A DNA stretch of 63,378 nucleotides, filler included, from Hyphochytrium catenoides (lineage: Eukaryota; Protista; Hyphochytriomycota), in the NCBI GenBank assembly GCA_900088475.1. It is 11 parts of 11 records of this genome, joined end to end, with 100 filler letters (N's around TTAATTAATTAA, not from the genome) between each part and the next. Parts side by side here need not be neighbours in the genome. Positions count along the whole stretch, not along the records: positions 51,486 to 62,161 come from FLMG01004034.1; positions 62,262 to 63,378 come from FLMG01001178.1; 9 more parts are not named here. One strand, 5' to 3'. Both the position numbers and the translations under genes were made by a program. The notes beneath the pieces are model-generated. The model saw nothing but the letters and a program-made list of their open reading frames with translations, had not been told where the DNA came from and did not search any database. Shown here in pieces: positions 61,861 to 63,378 of this stretch; positions within the stretch are counted from its first letter, which is position 1, and each line of letters starts with the position of its first letter.

Positions 61861-63378
61861 GTTGGGCAGCAGTCTCTCTCTCTCTCTCTTTTTCTCTCTC
61901 TCCACTTTTCTCTCTCATGTTGGATGGTAACTCTTCACCTTTGATGTACAACCTCCCCTCTCAATCTCTCTCTTTTTTCTTCTCTCTCTCTGGGTCTCCT
62001 ATCCCACTTCGGGATGTCTCTCCTTCATCTTTCCTTTCCTTTCTTCTTTCCTGATTGTTCCCTTACTCCTCTTTCTCTCCGTTCTCTCTCTCTCTCTCTC
62101 CGTTCACTCGCTCCCTCTCTCTCCCTCTCCCTTCTCTCTCTCCCTTCTCTCTCTCTCTCTCNNNNNNNNNNNNNNNNNNNNNNNNNNNNNNNNNNNNNNN
62201 NNNNNTTAATTAATTAANNNNNNNNNNNNNNNNNNNNNNNNNNNNNNNNNNNNNNNNNNNNATCAAGGTCCAGCAACAGCACCAACACCAGCATTAATAG
62301 CATCGTTATCAATATTTTTTGCCTGCGCCAATTGAGCATCTATCCTCTCTTCTTGTCTGCTGCATCTCTTATTCCAGAAGAGCTGGCTCCACATTCCCTG
62401 CTAGTGAGGATTTACTCTCTCACCTCCTTATGGCTTCAGCCCTTCTTTCCTTGCTTAGGGTTAGGGCTCAAGTCGTTTATAGTCTGTTGAAGTCCTCGTC
62501 TCCCTATGCTATTGCACATGATCAAGACCAAAGACTGGCTTGAGTTGGGCAGCTGATTAGAGAAAGGCAAAGAAGAAGAGACAAAGCCAGGAGAAGTGAC
62601 TACCGCCGTGGGGCCCTAAGATACATTTTTCTTCCTTTGAAAGCAACCTCTCTCGCGGAGTGAAACTAATTTCCCTCGTCAACGTCGCCATTAACAATTC
62701 CTTACGTTTGATCGTTCTGTCTTCCGCCTTTCTATTATTCTTCTAATATCTTGGGTCAATCGCGATAAGAGAAATAACAGAGACCCCATAGCGGCACCAG
62801 AGAGAGAGAGGAGAGAGAGAGAGGGAAGGAATGAAGGAACGAGGGAGAGGCAGGAGAAACCTTAAGCAAGGAGGGGAGGACTTAGCTCAATGAGCGTGGA
62901 CCTCTGCGGTCAAGGCTACTCTGTTGACGACGAACTCTTTTTTCTTGGGCCTCTTCTCCAACCGCTTTCCGATCAGTTTTACTTCCTGGCGTGTGTCTCC
63001 GCTCCCTTATTATTAGCAGACATGCCATTCAAAAGTGCCGCTCACCCCGCCTCATATGCTGGCCTCTTCTTATTATTCTGATCTTGTCACCTCCGTGTCT
63101 TCTAAACCTCACTCCCATCGCCCACGACCGCCGAGGTCTTCCCGCTGCACTCTTCTAGCCTTGACTCCTCTCGCTTGATCGATTGATGTCTTCTTCTTCT
63201 CTTCCTGCTCCTGCGTCTCTCCCTCGAAGAGGACCCCAGTATATCCTGTTGCCAGCTCCTCCTCCCATCTGCGTCCTTCTATCCCTTGATCCTCGCTCCT
63301 CAGTGGCAGACTCAGCAACAGCGGCAGGATGGAGGCAGGCCCAAGCGGCAGCCCTCAGCAACAGCGGCAGGAAGGAGG

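Noticed and set aside
2023-62261. Recurrent TTAATTAATTAA palindrome as a biological repeat or recombination site
   Set aside because: Always centred in exactly 100 bp with Ns; an assembly linker. Gene neighbourhoods across it were ignored.
63310-63378. Two ~25-bp direct repeats 44 bp apart (CRISPR-like spacing)
   Set aside because: Only two units, CAG-rich, at the window edge, in eukaryotic context with no cas genes.
1-63378. tRNA, rRNA or giant-virus genes
   Set aside because: None recognised by eye; tRNAscan-SE, Infernal and viral HMM searches were not run.

Overview
Eukaryotic draft-genome sequence, not a prokaryotic window. It consists of 11 apparently unlinked scaffolds joined by an artificial 100-bp linker (N44-TTAATTAATTAA-N44), so adjacency across linkers means nothing. 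Gene content looks stramenopile-like (oomycete-type secreted tyrosinase, Crinkler-type kinase, TH1/NELF-C/D), but that placement is inference. Spliced genes I could reconstruct by hand: a NUDT5-like Nudix hydrolase, a TMEM128-like protein, a C1+VPS9 Rab5-GEF, NELF-C/D (partial), biotin synthase, Eaf6, a PAN-domain tyrosinase and the 5' end of cytosolic IleRS. Also present are a ZIP transporter, a bacterial-type alpha/beta hydrolase and a frameshifted kinase. The rest is decayed mobile DNA (nested Ty1/Copia piles, hAT, Sola-like, DIRS-gag-like and RTE-like fragments) and (GA/CT)n microsatellites. Most interesting signals: (1) pervasive CAG>TAG / CTG>CTA decay suggesting non-CG cytosine methylation or a RIP-like process; (2) introns polarised with GA repeats at the 5' end and complementary CT repeats at the 3' end; (3) several diverged fold-back structures made of transposon fragments; (4) a likely horizontally acquired hydrolase with an added targeting-like leader. 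All family assignments come from remembered motifs; no database searches were run.
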